A stretch of DNA of 60,967 nt, counting the filler. It is 10 parts of 10 records of this genome, joined end to end, with 100 filler letters (N's around TTAATTAATTAA, not from the genome) between each part and the next. Parts side by side here need not be neighbours in the genome. Positions count along the whole stretch, not along the records: positions 1 to 3,262 come from SRR7504441_5335; positions 3,363 to 8,732 come from SRR7504441_5337; positions 8,833 to 12,531 come from SRR7504441_5339; 7 more parts are not named here. One strand, 5' to 3'. The translations under genes and the position numbers were made by a program. Below the pieces are notes generated by a model. The model ran no database searches, was not told where the DNA came from, and saw only the letters and a program-made list of their open reading frames with translations. Of the stretch, positions 1-12,010 are shown piece by piece. Numbering within the stretch: the first letter of the stretch is position 1; every line of letters begins with the position of its first letter.

Positions 1-1639
1 AACTGGCTGGTAGTTGGGTGTGATTGTGGTGGGGTGTTGAAGCACAAGCACTTCGGCCTCGAACTCCCAAGTGGGCTCCGGCGCGAGAGACGGGTGCACC
101 ATCACCATTCCCTTCCTGATGCTGGCCCGTTTCACTTTCTTGAGCCCAAAGCTGGCCGATTGCCCAGCGCTCACTCGCTCAACGTTGGTTCTTTTGGATT
201 GGATGGTCTTCACTACCACTGGGGTGAACTTTCCGTTGCCGTCCGGCCCGAGTAATAAGGAGGAGTTGACCGTGCAGCTGCCGGCCATCATCGTGCCGGC
301 CACTACAGTGCCGACCCCGGTCACAAAGAAGGTCTCGTCAATGTAGAACTCGGTCGGACTGGCCATGTGTTGCTCCCAGCCGGAGCGGGCCGGGAGCAGG
401 TTGAGGAAGCACCGGAGCAAGTCGAGCCCCTCGCCGGTCACGTTAGAGCACTGGAAGATTGGGACCACCCGCCCGGGCGACTGCTGCTTCTGCAGCTCAA
501 ACACGTCGCTCTCGGATTGGATGAGCGTAGGAAACTTCTTGGCAGCCTGCGACTTGAGGATCTTCTTGAGCTGCTTCAGCGTCTGCTCCAGAATGTTGGG
601 CGGGCATATGTCAATCTGCAACACTCAGCCACGCGCTGAAGCCCGGCGCACCTTGGTGATCACAACCAGCACTGGCAGCTTGAGTGCTAGCGAGATGCCT
701 AGGTGCTCCCGGGTCATTCGCGTGACGCCCATGTTGGCTCCGATGCACACCATCACATAGTCGGGCATGTGCCCAGTCAGCCCGAACACGGTGGTCTGCA
801 CCCTCCCGATCAGGCCCCTGCCTGGCAGCCAGTGCCTTCAGGTAGCGCTCGTGCCCGGCCAAGTCAATGAACGTCACTATCTTGCTCGCCTTCTCGCAGA
901 TCTCGTCCCAGTTGAGCGCCCGGGTGGAGTGGCCCGACGAGGTGTTGACGATCCCGCCGTCCGCGTCAAACCCTAGAATCTCCTGCGAGATGCTAGAAGT
1001 GCGGCCATTCTCCAGCTCGTGCTTGTGCTTGAACACCGCGGACCGAGCGGCTCCGCGCCCGTTGTCATTGCTTCCGCTCGTTATCACCCCGACCAGTGTG
1101 CTCTTGCCGCTGTCCACATTGCCGGCCACGGCCACACGCAGGTCTAACAGCGCACTCTCTGCTGAGCTGCTCCGCACTAGCACCTCGGCCGCCGAAAGTT
1201 CGGCGGAGAGCCCAGGCCTGCGACGCAGCACGCAAGTGGTGGCGCCGACCTCGGCAGCCATCTTGTTGAGCGTCTCTAGCGACATGGCCAGCTCGTCCTC
1301 GGTAAGCCCGCGCACGGTCCCATCGTCCTGCACGCCCACCTCGTACAGGCACTCGCCGGAGCCCTCCTTGAGCCGGAAGAGCAGCTGGGTGACCAGGTGC
1401 ACAAACCGCTCAGGGCTCGGGTCGATCAGCTTAAGCTTGTACTCGCACACGCCGTCGTCGTCCTCCTGCGGAAGGCAGGCCGTGTCGCCAAATAGCTCCT
1501 CGAGCTTGTTGGCTTCCTGAGCGCATTCGTCCAGCTCAGAGCTCTCGCCCGGCGCACCCATCCCTAAGTAGTCCGCTGCCTGTGTGTGATTGTCTAGCCC
1601 TCTGTCCATCCCTGCCCCAGGGGCCACCGCTACAGCCAT
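1..1639 (-). CDS. GTPBP2: GTP-binding protein 1/2 family translational GTPase, GTPBP2-like (3' end runs off the window)
   Basis: ATG at 1639. Motifs EYKLKLIDPS..FVHLVTQ, GNVDSGKST, ENGRTSS. DLAGHERYLK|TTVFG is restored by a GC-AG intron (796-835) and ITK|ID by a GT-AG intron (616-651). Confidence 0.9.
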
Positions 1640-1999
1640 CCTGCCAGCCCGACTCGTTGCCTGGCAGCGCGACCTTGGTTGGTCGTTGCTGAACCGTATT
1701 CCGTTGGTTGGTGGTCAGTACACGAGCTCAGAAATCCGGAAAAGATCTGACACACGATTACACCAAGATTGAGATGGTCAAAGCATCATGCAAAGCATCG
1801 AAAATCTGTATAAAAATCAGAAAAATCGAGTACCAAATTGAAAAATTTACAAGTACGTCGAGTTAGGCTCTTACCGTACACAATACTCATGAATACTGAC
1901 TGACACAATTATGACACAATGACTTAATTACCATACGGTATGTTGTGTCGCGACCTAGCTTTTGCATTCTAGTGGGAGTAGACTGGCCACACAAAGCCA

Positions 2000-3262
2000 T
2001 CACATATCGGAGGTGCCAAACCCAAAGATCCTTTCGTCACAATGGCCAATGGATCGCAATAGGCTTTCGAAGGACAGATTCATCTTGGGTGGTCCACAAA
2101 CCAAGCACATGGTGTAGTCCGATGGTGCAGGAAGAAGCGTTTCGAGCAACGCAGTGTCAACTCGAGGGTGGTACTGCACGGGATCTTCGTCATCAGTTGC
2201 GCCTCCGGACTGTGAGAGCGAAAAAAACAGGCGAAACTGCTCTGGGAAGTCCCTTGCATATCCCTCGAGCTCACTCTAATAGCAGACACAAAAGGCAGTC
2301 AGTGCAACAATGACCCAACATATGTGATTCACCCGTAAGAGCAAATCTTCTTTGGTGCGGCATGTATAGACCAAGGTGATCTGACGACCAAATTGCTTAG
2401 CACACCTCTCTTGGCTGCCCAGAGTAAGGGCCTGCAATTACAACCCAGATTCTGCACCCATCGCAAGTGACCCTCGAGGTGTAACAGGTGGCACCCGATT
2501 GTTGTGAGCACTTGAGCCCATACAAAGCAGTATCCGGTGATCCTGTGGGCTCTCGGGAAGCGAGTTCTCAGGCTGGGGATGAATTGAAGTGGAGCTAGCA
2601 TGTACCAAATGCCGCCAAAAAGAAGGTGGATGAAGATGCCCACCTGACAATCGTGAATCAAGACAAAGCGTGTGTGCTTTCTGTCAGGGCGCTGACCCCA
2701 GAGCTCTGGAGCGACCAGTAGGCACCGAGTAGGATGTCGCCCTGGCCCAGTTTAAAGATCTCGACATACCTAGTAGACAGCCTCCATCAGCCCGGGCAGT
2801 CTCGGCCGGTGCAACACACCACAGCCCAAATCCATAGGCGCCGCATATCATGAGGGCCACAATAAAGTTGCCCAGCACCCATCGAATCGCACGAACCGGC
2901 TTGCCGTATATGGTTGATGTCGCCCACTCCGAGGCGCCAAACTCGGCGGTGAGAGGCTGTTGATCCTCGGGTTGAGCCTCTGCGTCGGGCTTGGCCGTCA
3001 TATCAGAACCCATGCTCATGGTGAGCGTAACTCCGTCACTGCGGTACGCCACCCCGTCGCTTTTTCGGGCCCGCAGCTGGGCGAAAGTAGGCATTGTGAA
3101 CTGGTTGGTAAGCCACAGGAGGCACACCGCGGAGAGGAAGCAGCAACACATGGTGACTGCCGCGTTGCGCATGGCATCGTCGGATTGTGCGGCGGTGTCG
3201 GCATCGATCACGCAGTCGGCAGGCACCGGGTATGCAAAGTAATTGGAGGTGCAGCCGTACCC
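2000..3262 (-). CDS. Membrane protein: DUF2306-like TM segment joined to the NAD-binding C-terminal half of a cytochrome b5 reductase/FNR fold (5' partial, possibly internally deleted)
   Basis: HLLFGGIWYMLAPLQFIPSLRTRFPRAHRITGY is DUF2306-like. Spliced tail ITLVYTCRTKEDLLLRSELE...CLVCGPPKM...RIFGF ends at TGA 2000-2002. No FAD-binding half found. Confidence 0.55.
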
Positions 3263-3362
3263 NNNNNNNNNNNNNNNNNNNNNNNNNNNNNNNNNNNNNN
3301 NNNNNNTTAATTAATTAANNNNNNNNNNNNNNNNNNNNNNNNNNNNNNNNNNNNNNNNNNNN
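3263..3362. other. Artificial contig spacer
   Basis: N44-TTAATTAATTAA-N44, stop codons in all six frames. Confidence 0.98.
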
Positions 3363-3574
3363 AGATCCGAGCCGAGGGCGCTCTGATCCAAGGTGGCGCC
3401 GCTAACAAGATCATACCGAATTCGCACCGGATCAGATTATAGTTTACATTTATACAAACTCGTACGCTTACGAATACGCATGAGTACAATCATATGCATG
3501 ACATTGTACGAGTACATGATTGTACGTACCTTGGAAATACTTTAATTTGATTTACATTGTAAGTCTGGATGCGG

Positions 3575-3631
3575 GCGTACTAGCTCCGCAATAGCTCTCT
3601 CAATTTCGAGCCATCGCATCATAATGTACGC
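3575..3631 (-). promoter_or_regulatory. Eukaryotic SECIS element in the 3' UTR of the TGR gene
   Basis: Minus strand GCGTAC-att-ATGAT-GCGATGGCTC-gAAAttgaga-GAGCTATTGC-GGAG-cta-GTACGC: helix I 6 bp, AUGA/GA core, helix II 10 bp (2 G-U pairs), apical AAA. Confidence 0.88.
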
Positions 3632-3680
3632 GCCTTGGAATTTCTTTGTTGTTCATGACACCAATTTCTTGGTCAGTGGC

Positions 3681-3719
3681 GAGGAGCTTCACACACAAAA
3701 TGTGCTTGTGCAGCTCCTC
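3681..3719 (-). promoter_or_regulatory. Stem-loop 8 nt downstream of the putative Sec UGA (SRE-like)
   Basis: 8-bp stem GAGGAGCT...AGCTCCTC with an inner CACA-TTT-TGTG stem. Confidence 0.45.
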
Positions 3720-5596
3720 TACTCGACTCAGGTGGCACAGGCCACGCCCTCGGTGGGCGGCGCGCCACTGAGCATGGTCATGGTCTCAGCGGTGGTGGGG
3801 TGGATCCCGATCGTGTCGTCGAGCATCTCCTTGGTGGCGCCTGCCTTGATCGCCAACGCCATAGCCTGCAGCACCTCGCCTGCGTTCGGACCGAGCATGT
3901 GGAACCCGACAATCTTGTTGTTGCTCGACCGGACCAGCACCTTCATAAAGCCCTCGTCCTGCGCCCTCGCGGGTGACAGCGCCCACTCGAGGGGATGAGC
4001 AGCCTTGGTGACAACCTGGAATCCGTCGGCGCCAAACTTTTCGTTGCATTGAGCTTCAGTCATCCCAACCATGCCATACTCGAGCGGCGTGAACACCGTG
4101 GTGGCGATGTTGCCGTAGTTCATCGCCTTGCTAGCGTGCGCAAACAGCCTCTTGACTACCATCTTGCCTGCTGCTTTGGCCACCGGAGTCAGCTCCAGCC
4201 TGTTCTCAACCAGATCGCCAACACACCAAATGTTGGGCACGTTAGTCCTCTCGCACACCGCCTCCACCTTGCCACTCCGTTCGGAGAACCAGATACCAGC
4301 GTTCTGCAGACCGAGCTTGGTCGCCTCACCTTTGCGCCCGATCGCGAGCAGAACCGTGTCGTACTCTTCATAACTCTCCTCGCCAGTGTCCCGGTTCTTG
4401 TAATGGCACCCGACCGCGCGCTCCTTGCCTTTCTCGAACCGGGTCGGGACGCTCTTGTACTTGAATTTTGTGCCGTGCGCCGCCATGTAAGTGCCGATCT
4501 TGTCTACACACTCGGTGTCAAATCCTCGCAGAAGGATTGAGCGGACCATCACGTCAACCTCGTAGCCCATCCCTGTGAGCATCCCGCCGCACTCGAGCGC
4601 GATGTACGCCCCGCCTACCACCAGCGTCTTTCCGGGCGCCTCTTGCAGCCAGAACATGTCGTCGGAAGAGATGCACAGCTCGGATCCCGGGAAGTCACCG
4701 TCGTTCGGCCGACCGCCGGCTGCGAGCATTATGTACTTAGCGCTGATGGTCTGAGTGGCCCCATCGGTCCCGGTGAGCAGCACAGTGTGGCGGTCGACTA
4801 GGCTGGCGTACTTATTGAAATAAGTGATGTTGTTTGCAGCGAAAGCGTTGATCATCCCATCATTGAGCGTGTTCTTGATGTAGCCCTGTACGCTCTGGCA
4901 GAGCTGAGCCCACGAGTGCTCGGGCGGGTTGTTGATCTTCCAGCCGAAGCTGGCCGCATCCAGGTGGTTGATTTCGCCCATTGTGGATGCAATGTGCATC
5001 AGCTTCTTGGGGATGCAGCCAACGTTGGTGCAGGTGCCGCCAACCCCCCAGGTGGTACCAAAAGGGCCCCAAGACGGTTTGACAAAATCCGCCACCGCGA
5101 TCTTGAGCCCTGAGATCTTGGAAGCCTCAATAGCCGCCGCGCACCCGCCCGAGCCGCCCCCGAGGATGAACAGGTCGTAATCAAACTCACCGGCTGGTTC
5201 GGCCTCGGCAAACGGAGCGAGCAGCTCGGCCACGGCCGGTTTGATCGTGTTGCCGGCGGCCTCGTCGATCACGTCGTCGAATTCGCCGATGTATTTCTGG
5301 TTGATCAGCAGCTGAGGGACCCTGTGCTCCCCGGTCCCCTTGCCGGCAGGCAGCGGGAGGTCATTCTTGATGGTCTGCATGTAGATACCCTCGTCCTCCA
5401 GGGAGAGCCCGAGGTTGTCGACCTCGACCACCTTGATGTCGGGCACCCGGGCATCTTGCAGCGCGGTGATGAAGGTGCGGCAATACGGGCACCAGGACTT
5501 GCTGATCACTACCAGCGGGTGGCTTGAGATCACGCTGAGCAGGTCGCTTGAGAACTTGAGCCGCTTGGCCGCGGGCTCGTCCGCAATCGGAGGCAT
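3719..5596 (-). CDS. Thioredoxin-glutathione reductase (Grx-TrxR fusion), probable selenoprotein ending ...GVACAT-U-VE
   Basis: Intronless; ATG 5596 (MPPI). Grx CPYC, GGGSGG, GGTCTNVGCIPKK, GIHPTTAE. In-frame TGA 3728-3730, then GTC GAG TAG; SECIS downstream. Confidence 0.92.
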
Positions 5597-5743
5597 CTGG
5601 CTTACGAGCACGGCCGCGCGCTTGTAGGCGTCACGGACTGAGGCGATGCTGGTCGGTGGGGGTCGTCAAGACTCTCCGCGGGGCCGTTGGCTTCCGTTAT
5701 TTTCCGCGGCACGGGCTCAAGGGCTCAGGAGAGAGCCTGAGCG

Positions 5744-8732
5744 ATGTACTCCGAGAGCCCTACGAGGGGGGTGCTCAAGGGCTCGGACCAATGGGAGCCG
5801 GACGAGGACGCCGACAACTGCTTCTCGTGCGCCGAGTCGTTTGGCGCATTCAAGCGCCGGCACCACTGCAGGAGCTGTGGGCACATCTTTTGCTCGGACT
5901 GCGCCGACAAGCGGCGGCAGCTCGAGCTGTACCGGGTGCCCCAGCGGGTGTGTAACGACTGCGACCTGGCGATCGGCAACCACAACCGCAAGCTCCAGAC
6001 CCACCGGCTGGACGACGACCTCCAAAGAGTGCGAGCGGACCACCAACAGAAGATGTGCCGCCCCCCCCCCGGTGCTCGGCCGAGCTGCGGGCAGGCGGAC
6101 CAGCGAGAGCGTGACCGCCTGGAACCAGCAGGCGCACAGCCCGGAGGGCTTTGACGAGTTTGGATACAGACTGCCTGAGCAGGTCCGGGACAGACAGCCG
6201 CAGGCTGAGCCGCACCGGGCAGGTGGACTCATCACAGCGGATGGAGATTGATCAGATGGAGAGCGAGCAACTGGCCGCGGCCCGGGAGCTCTGGTCCGAG
6301 TACCTGAAGCCGGTGCTGGTTGTGAGCATCAACAAAGCTTCCACAGATGAGCCGCTCGGTCTGCGCTTCCAGGAGGTCGGCGCGACACAGGCTATCGAGA
6401 TCTCGGAGATCGTGACCGGCGGCCGAGCGGCCAGTGCCGGGGGCGGGCTGCTGTGCAAAGGCGACGTGGTGCTGCTTGTTAACGGCAAGAGCACCTGGGC
6501 GGACATGATTGACGGGATCAGGACGAGCCAGACAGTGCAGATAGCAGCGCTTGCCGAGGGCGTGCGGAGCCCCAAACAACGGGCTGAGCTGCAGGGGCAC
6601 ACGCTCGACTTCGCCCGGCATGGGCGGAGCGGGCAGCACGCGCACCTGTTCCGTGAGGCGTTTGTGTCGGCGCTCTCTCGAGGATTTAAGCAGGGGCAGT
6701 GTGAGGAGTCAACAGTGCAGGTGTTCAGGGCCGGGATCCCACCCGAGCTCAGGAGCACGCTCTACTTGTTCTGCTGCTCCAAGCTGCACGGCGGGGCGCT
6801 CGAGCATGGGCACTACCCGGGGCTGCTCCGGAGGGCGAGCGAGGGCGCGGTGCCGACGGCGACATCGAATCAGATCGCCAAGGACCTCCCAAGGACAATG
6901 TCAGACCAAATGATTCGGGCGGGGTCGCCGCAGGGCCGGGAGTCGCTGCACCGGATCCTGTGGGCGATAGCACTGCACGACCCGGCGGTGGGGTACTGCC
7001 AGGGTATGAATTTGATAGCTGCGTTCCTGCTCTCTTTCTTTGAAGAGGAGCCGACGTTTTGGATCCTGGCGTCGCTGGTGGCGCACATCACGCCGGGGTA
7101 CTTTGTCAAGACCATGATCGGGATCACCACCGACATGCAGACGGTGGCCGCCATGATCCAGGAGCACATGCCTGAGCTTCACGATCACATGGAGACTATC
7201 ATGCCGGTCCCCGTCCCAGGCGCCTGCACAGCTCACCCTTGATCAGGTCTCAATTATAGCACAGAACTACCTCCAGCTGTGCTTTGTGGGGGCGCTCCCC
7301 CCACGGGCGGTGCTCCGGCTGCTCGACTTGCTCATGTTCAGCTGCCTGGACACCCAAACGAAGCCGATCACAATTCTGTGCGCCGCACTGCTCGCGCTGA
7401 TGGAGCGATGCCACGACGCGATCCTGACGATGGACGACCCCGAACAAGTCGTGCTGCTCGTCCACAAATGCGTACCTGGCCCCGGCTGCGGCCGATGCGT
7501 GAGCCGGCTGGCAGGCCGAGGGTCGGCTGGACTCTGACGAGTTCACAAACTGGGTGCTCCGATGGATGGAGATCATCTCAGCCGAGCGGCTGGACGCGAT
7601 TTGGAAAGAAAAGCGTCAAGAGCAGCTGCTGGTGCCCCCCAAACAGCCGGGGCTCAGCATGGGGCAGACGGCCAAGCAAGTGTTGCACACGCACATCTCG
7701 CCAGTGGCGACTGACGCCGGGTTTAGAGCAGAGGAGTTTGACCAGTTATATAATGACTTCCTGTGCTGTGTGCGGGCGCAGGATAACAACGAGGCGCCGT
7801 GTGCTGCTGGACCGGGCTCAGCCAGGGATCCAGGTGCTCGACCGGGTCTCGCTCAAGCGGGTCGAGTTCAAGCGGCTGTGCAGCCGGCAGCTCGGGACGC
7901 AGCCGGACTTTGTGCCTAGCGCCATCCTCCGGAACTCACCGGGCCGCAGGCGCTCGATGCGCTGTTCGATCTGTTCGACTCAGACCAGAGCGGTACGATC
8001 GACATGAAGGAGTGTGTGGTCGGGCTGGCGGCGCTGGGAAACACCGGGGCGCTCTGCCTCGAGTGGCTGTTCGATGTGTTCAGGTGCCGGCAGAGCAGGG
8101 TGCGCTGTGAGCTTGCGTCGTCGCAGGTTGGGTCAGGCCGACCCAAGCCCGACTGTGCTGCGGCCGGCCGGGCTGAGGCAGTTAGTCCAGTTTGTGTCGA
8201 TTATGGGTGGCGTGCAGCGACGGTGTGTCCAGGGCTGGTCGGGATTATGAGCCGTGTGCAGGCAACACCTGGAGCCTCGCATAGTGCAGTGCGAACGGTG
8301 GTACCCAGCGTTTGGCTGGCTAGAGACCAAAACCACCGGGGTTTCGTCGGACCCTGCGGGGTTTGGCGACTGCGAGGGGATGCCAGTCAGCTCATCTTAT
8401 GAGAGCTTTCCAGGGCTCGGGTGGCACCCGATTGTTGCGGGGCACACGGATGGTGACGGCTGGGTATATGCGTTCAGTTTTCCGACTCTGGAGGAGCAAC
8501 TGACGCTTGTGAGGTTTAAGAACGAGAACAAGATGCACACAGTAGCCAGGTGGCGGGTATACGAGAATCGGATGGCCTCGGAGATGTTGGACGCGGCCAA
8601 GCTGGCGATGGGCCACCAGCCAGGGGAGGATGGACTCACCAAGAGCGAGTTTGTGTTTCTTGGCCAGCTGACAGGGCACGACCAGTATGACTTTTCTGCC
8701 ATAACGCGGGTGCTCGACTTCAAGTTAAACCC
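5744..8732 (+). CDS. FYVE-PDZ-TBC (RabGAP)-EF-hand-DysF-like multidomain protein (3' partial)
   Basis: FYVE WEPD..CFSC..RRHHCRSCGHIFCSDC; PDZ EPLGL..GDVVLLVNG; TBC QIAKDLPRT and GYCQGMN; EF-hand FDSDQSGTIDMKE; ERWYP..GW..DGDGWVYA. Introns 6055-6094, 6183-6222, 7207-7246, 7472-7514, 7794-7833 and others. Confidence 0.85.
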
Positions 8733-8832
8733 NNNNNNNNNNNNNNNNNNNNNNNNNNNNNNNNNNNNNNNNNNNNTTAATTAATTAANNNNNNNNNNNN
8801 NNNNNNNNNNNNNNNNNNNNNNNNNNNNNNNN
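8733..8832. other. Artificial contig spacer
   Basis: N44-TTAATTAATTAA-N44. Confidence 0.98.
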
Positions 8833-8964
8833 GGCCGGCCGACTTGGCCTCCTGGGCATACTGGGCGTACAGGGCTGCCCCTGTCCCAGTGCCGTCCATC
8901 CCCCACCTACAGTGCGTGGTGCAACCGCCGCTGTGGCGGTTTCGCCAGGGCGCACACATCGGCC

Positions 8965-10100
8965 ATGGTCGCGGCGTACGAGGGTTGGGCCCGGAGCGCG
9001 GGCCGGCAGTCGCGGATCGAGCAGCTGCGGGCGGAGCTGTCGCACACGCTGGACCGGCTGGCTCCGGAGGAGGCCGACTGCCCGGGGCACAAGGCGCGGA
9101 TCGCGCTGGAGGCACCGACCCAGCGGCATGCATGCGGACTGAGCCGGCCTGCAGCGGCAGGAGATCAGCCAGAGCTTCTCAGCCAGGCGGCTGGCGCGAG
9201 AGGAAGCGGCCGACCGGACCGCGCGGGTGGCCCCTGTTTGGTCCCCGAGCGAGCAGGAGGGCAGGAGTGGCGGGGCGAGCGGTGGCGGGACTCAGCCCCA
9301 GCGGATTGGCGAGCCGAGGCCCAGCGGCGGTGGGCTAGAGAGCCGTCGAGCACCGGTCGGCCAGTCCGGCGGCCGCCTGCGTCGGAGCCTGCCGACCGGG
9401 GTTGGGACGAAGAAGCCGTGTGGGAGGCGAAGCGCAAGGCGGAGGCGGTGCAGGAGGGGCGGGAGGCCGAGGCCAGGGAGGCGGCGGCCGAGGAGCAGCG
9501 GGCCCGGGCCCGGCTCGAGAAGGCCAAGGCCGAGGCCAGTGAAGCACGCGAACGGGAGCGGCGAACGCTCCAACAGAGTGCAGATAAGGCAGCGGCGCGG
9601 TCAGTGACACGATGAGCGCTGTACTGACTCGGGGGCATGCAGCGAGCAGCACGCGCAACAGAGGCAGCAGGCGGCCAGCGCGCGGCGGGCGGCCGAGCGC
9701 CAGCGGTGCCGAATGGGCCGGTCTCTCTGACGGATGGCAGCGTGAGGCTCTGGTCTAGGCCACCGCGTAGGAGCAGCGATGCGGACCGTTTGGAGCTCCG
9801 GCAGGCGCTGGAGCGGCAGTGGGAAGCGATGCACGCGGCGCAGCGGCTGGAGCGTCACCAGGTGGTCGAGAGCCCCGCCGTACTCATCTTATGCAGGTCC
9901 CCAAAATGGACGAGCATACGTTGCTCGAGGCTTGGCCGACTGCGGAGGAGAGGTGCGCGGCGTTCAAGCAACTGGCCAAGCGCTGGCACCCGGATAAGTT
10001 CAACCAGCACTTTGGCGCCAAGCTGAGGGAGGCCGAGAGAGTTGTCGTGCTCGAGAAAGTGACACAAACCTTCAAAATGATTTGCGAGCATTGTCACTGA
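8965..10100 (+). CDS. Coiled-coil protein with C-terminal J-domain-like segment (NFKBIL1 C-terminus-like)
   Basis: Last exon FKQLAKRWHPDKFNQHFGAKL..VLEKVTQTF carries the HPD motif. Upstream region is E/A/R-rich; short introns inferred. Confidence 0.6.
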
Positions 10101-10289
10101 AAGCCTGTTGCATATAGAACCAACCGTATTGATTATACTTAAAAAGTGCTCGATCCGTCTATTACACTGGACTGCCCATATCAAGGCGCTCCAGTCCCGC
10201 CAAGCTGCGACTGTGCTGCGATTGTGCTGCGACAGCGCGAGTCGGTCACATCACGCTGCAAGCCTTGCACGCGCAGCCTGCCGCCTCAG

Positions 10290-10689
10290 TCAGCACGGCC
10301 AGGCCACTAGGGCACCGCGCCCAGCCTTCTGCGGCGGCGGCACCGGGCGCTCGAGCTGCTGCCGCTGCTTGATCACCGGCCCTTGCTCCATCTCGGGCGG
10401 TGGCTTGGCCCGGTTTACGTGATGCGGCACGTAGTTGCCGGCGCTCTGCCCACCGGTCAGGCGGCGGCCGGCCGGTCGGGTGACCCCCGGGCCCTCAAAC
10501 GAGCTGGCCACGATCACAGGGGCCGAGGCGGCCGGCGGTGCCGCAGCTGCCGCCCACAGTCCGTCCAGGCGGCGCGGGCGGCGGTCCACCTGCAGGTTGG
10601 CTGCGGGTCCAGAGCTGGTCCTTGCCGGCGTAGCTCGGGGCTGCGGGGGTCTGGCCGAAGTGTTTGGTGCTGAACGGGTCCTCCGCCAT
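10290..10689 (-). CDS. Small proline-rich hypothetical protein (spliced; 3' end uncertain)
   Basis: ATG 10689 MAEDPFSTKHFGQTP...; divergent from the gene at 10811; no recognised domain. Confidence 0.35.
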
Positions 10690-10810
10690 CCTCCCAAACT
10701 GCGCAAGGGCCAAGCGCAGGCAGCGCCGCCGTGTGAAGCCTCGTTCCAACAAGTCGGCCAACGGCTCCGCGCACTGCAATGCAATCGTGAGGGACTGGGC
10801 GGGCTAGAGT

Positions 10811-12010
10811 ATGGAGGGCATCCAGTTCAACACCGAGGTCGACGCCGAGGGCGAGGTGCCGGAGGTAGCCGGAGGCTGCGACGCCTGGCGGTATGATGAC
10901 ACGGTGCTCAACGAGCTCGAGGATTTCCTCTCCGGGGTGCGAGCCGCCGCCGGCCGACTGCTGACCGGTCCGGCAGATGGACGACGACGAGGAGCTCGGG
11001 GCGGCTCCCGAGGACGACGCCACCGCGAAGAAGCTCCTGGATGATGTCAAGGTCGAGCTGGCCGAGGCGAAGGGCGAGGTGCGGCCCGGGTCAGACCGGG
11101 CTGGCGAGTGGGCGGGGGCAGATCAATCAGCTGCGTACCGAGAACGCGCTGATTCAGAAGCGGCTGGACGGGGAGATGGTGCCCAAAGTGGGGCGCCAGT
11201 TGGGCGAGCACGGGCAGGATGACGGGTCTGAAGAGTACAAGGAGGCTTGGGAGCGGGCGGAGGCTGCGGTGCGGGCGGAGGATGTGCTGGGCTGAGTGGC
11301 GGGCTAGGCTCGCAAGACCGAGATCCTGTGGGAGGACCTAAAGGATACCTGGGAGGCACCGGGGCGGCCACAGCCGAGTGCTCAGGTGGCGGGCAGGAGG
11401 CTGCACAGGCTACAGCTGAGCTGTACAAAGTGCACGACTCCAAGCATGCGACGTCGCATGTGCCGTCCAAGAAGGGCACCGTCAAGCTGAATAAGATGGT
11501 AGCTCAGCCCAACCGAGGGCATGCTGAATCACGGGGCCTGGCAGAATCTGATGCTCGATCTGATTGGTGGTGAATCGCTGGAGCTGCAGAATGAGTCAAA
11601 AGAAGGTGGGCTGCTGCAGCTGCACAGGGTGAGGGCCACGCAGGGCATTTGCACGTATCAAAGTTGGACTTGACATTCATCTCGGAAGGTAGCGCTGACG
11701 TTCATCTGAGCAGCGAGCTTGGGGGCAGTTGGTGTGGTCGTTGGCAATGAAAATAGCTTCAAGGTCAAATCACAGAATGGTTCCTACATCATGACTGGTG
11801 GCTTGTGGCCCGTGCCCCTTGATTGACTCCGCTGCAGCATCAAGCCCGGGCGAGGCGAAATCCTGGGCCCGCGCAATCGAGGTGCAACATATGCCAAGGA
11901 GTTGTGACTAAAGATCTTGCCTTTGCCTGCAGATTTCCATCAAAGTGGCAAAAGCCAAAAAGAAGCAGCGACAGCAGGAGGAGGAAGAAGACGAGGAAAA
12001 CGATTATTGA
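10811..12010 (+). CDS. Hypothetical multi-exon coiled-coil protein with acidic tail
   Basis: ATG 10811. Short exons separated by small GT-AG introns; last exon ISIKVAKAKKKQRQQEEEEDEENDY-stop. Confidence 0.5.

Noticed and set aside
8833-8899. Possible divergent gene start MDGTGTGAALYAQYAQEAKS
   Set aside because: Only 22 codons before the gap; cannot be evaluated.
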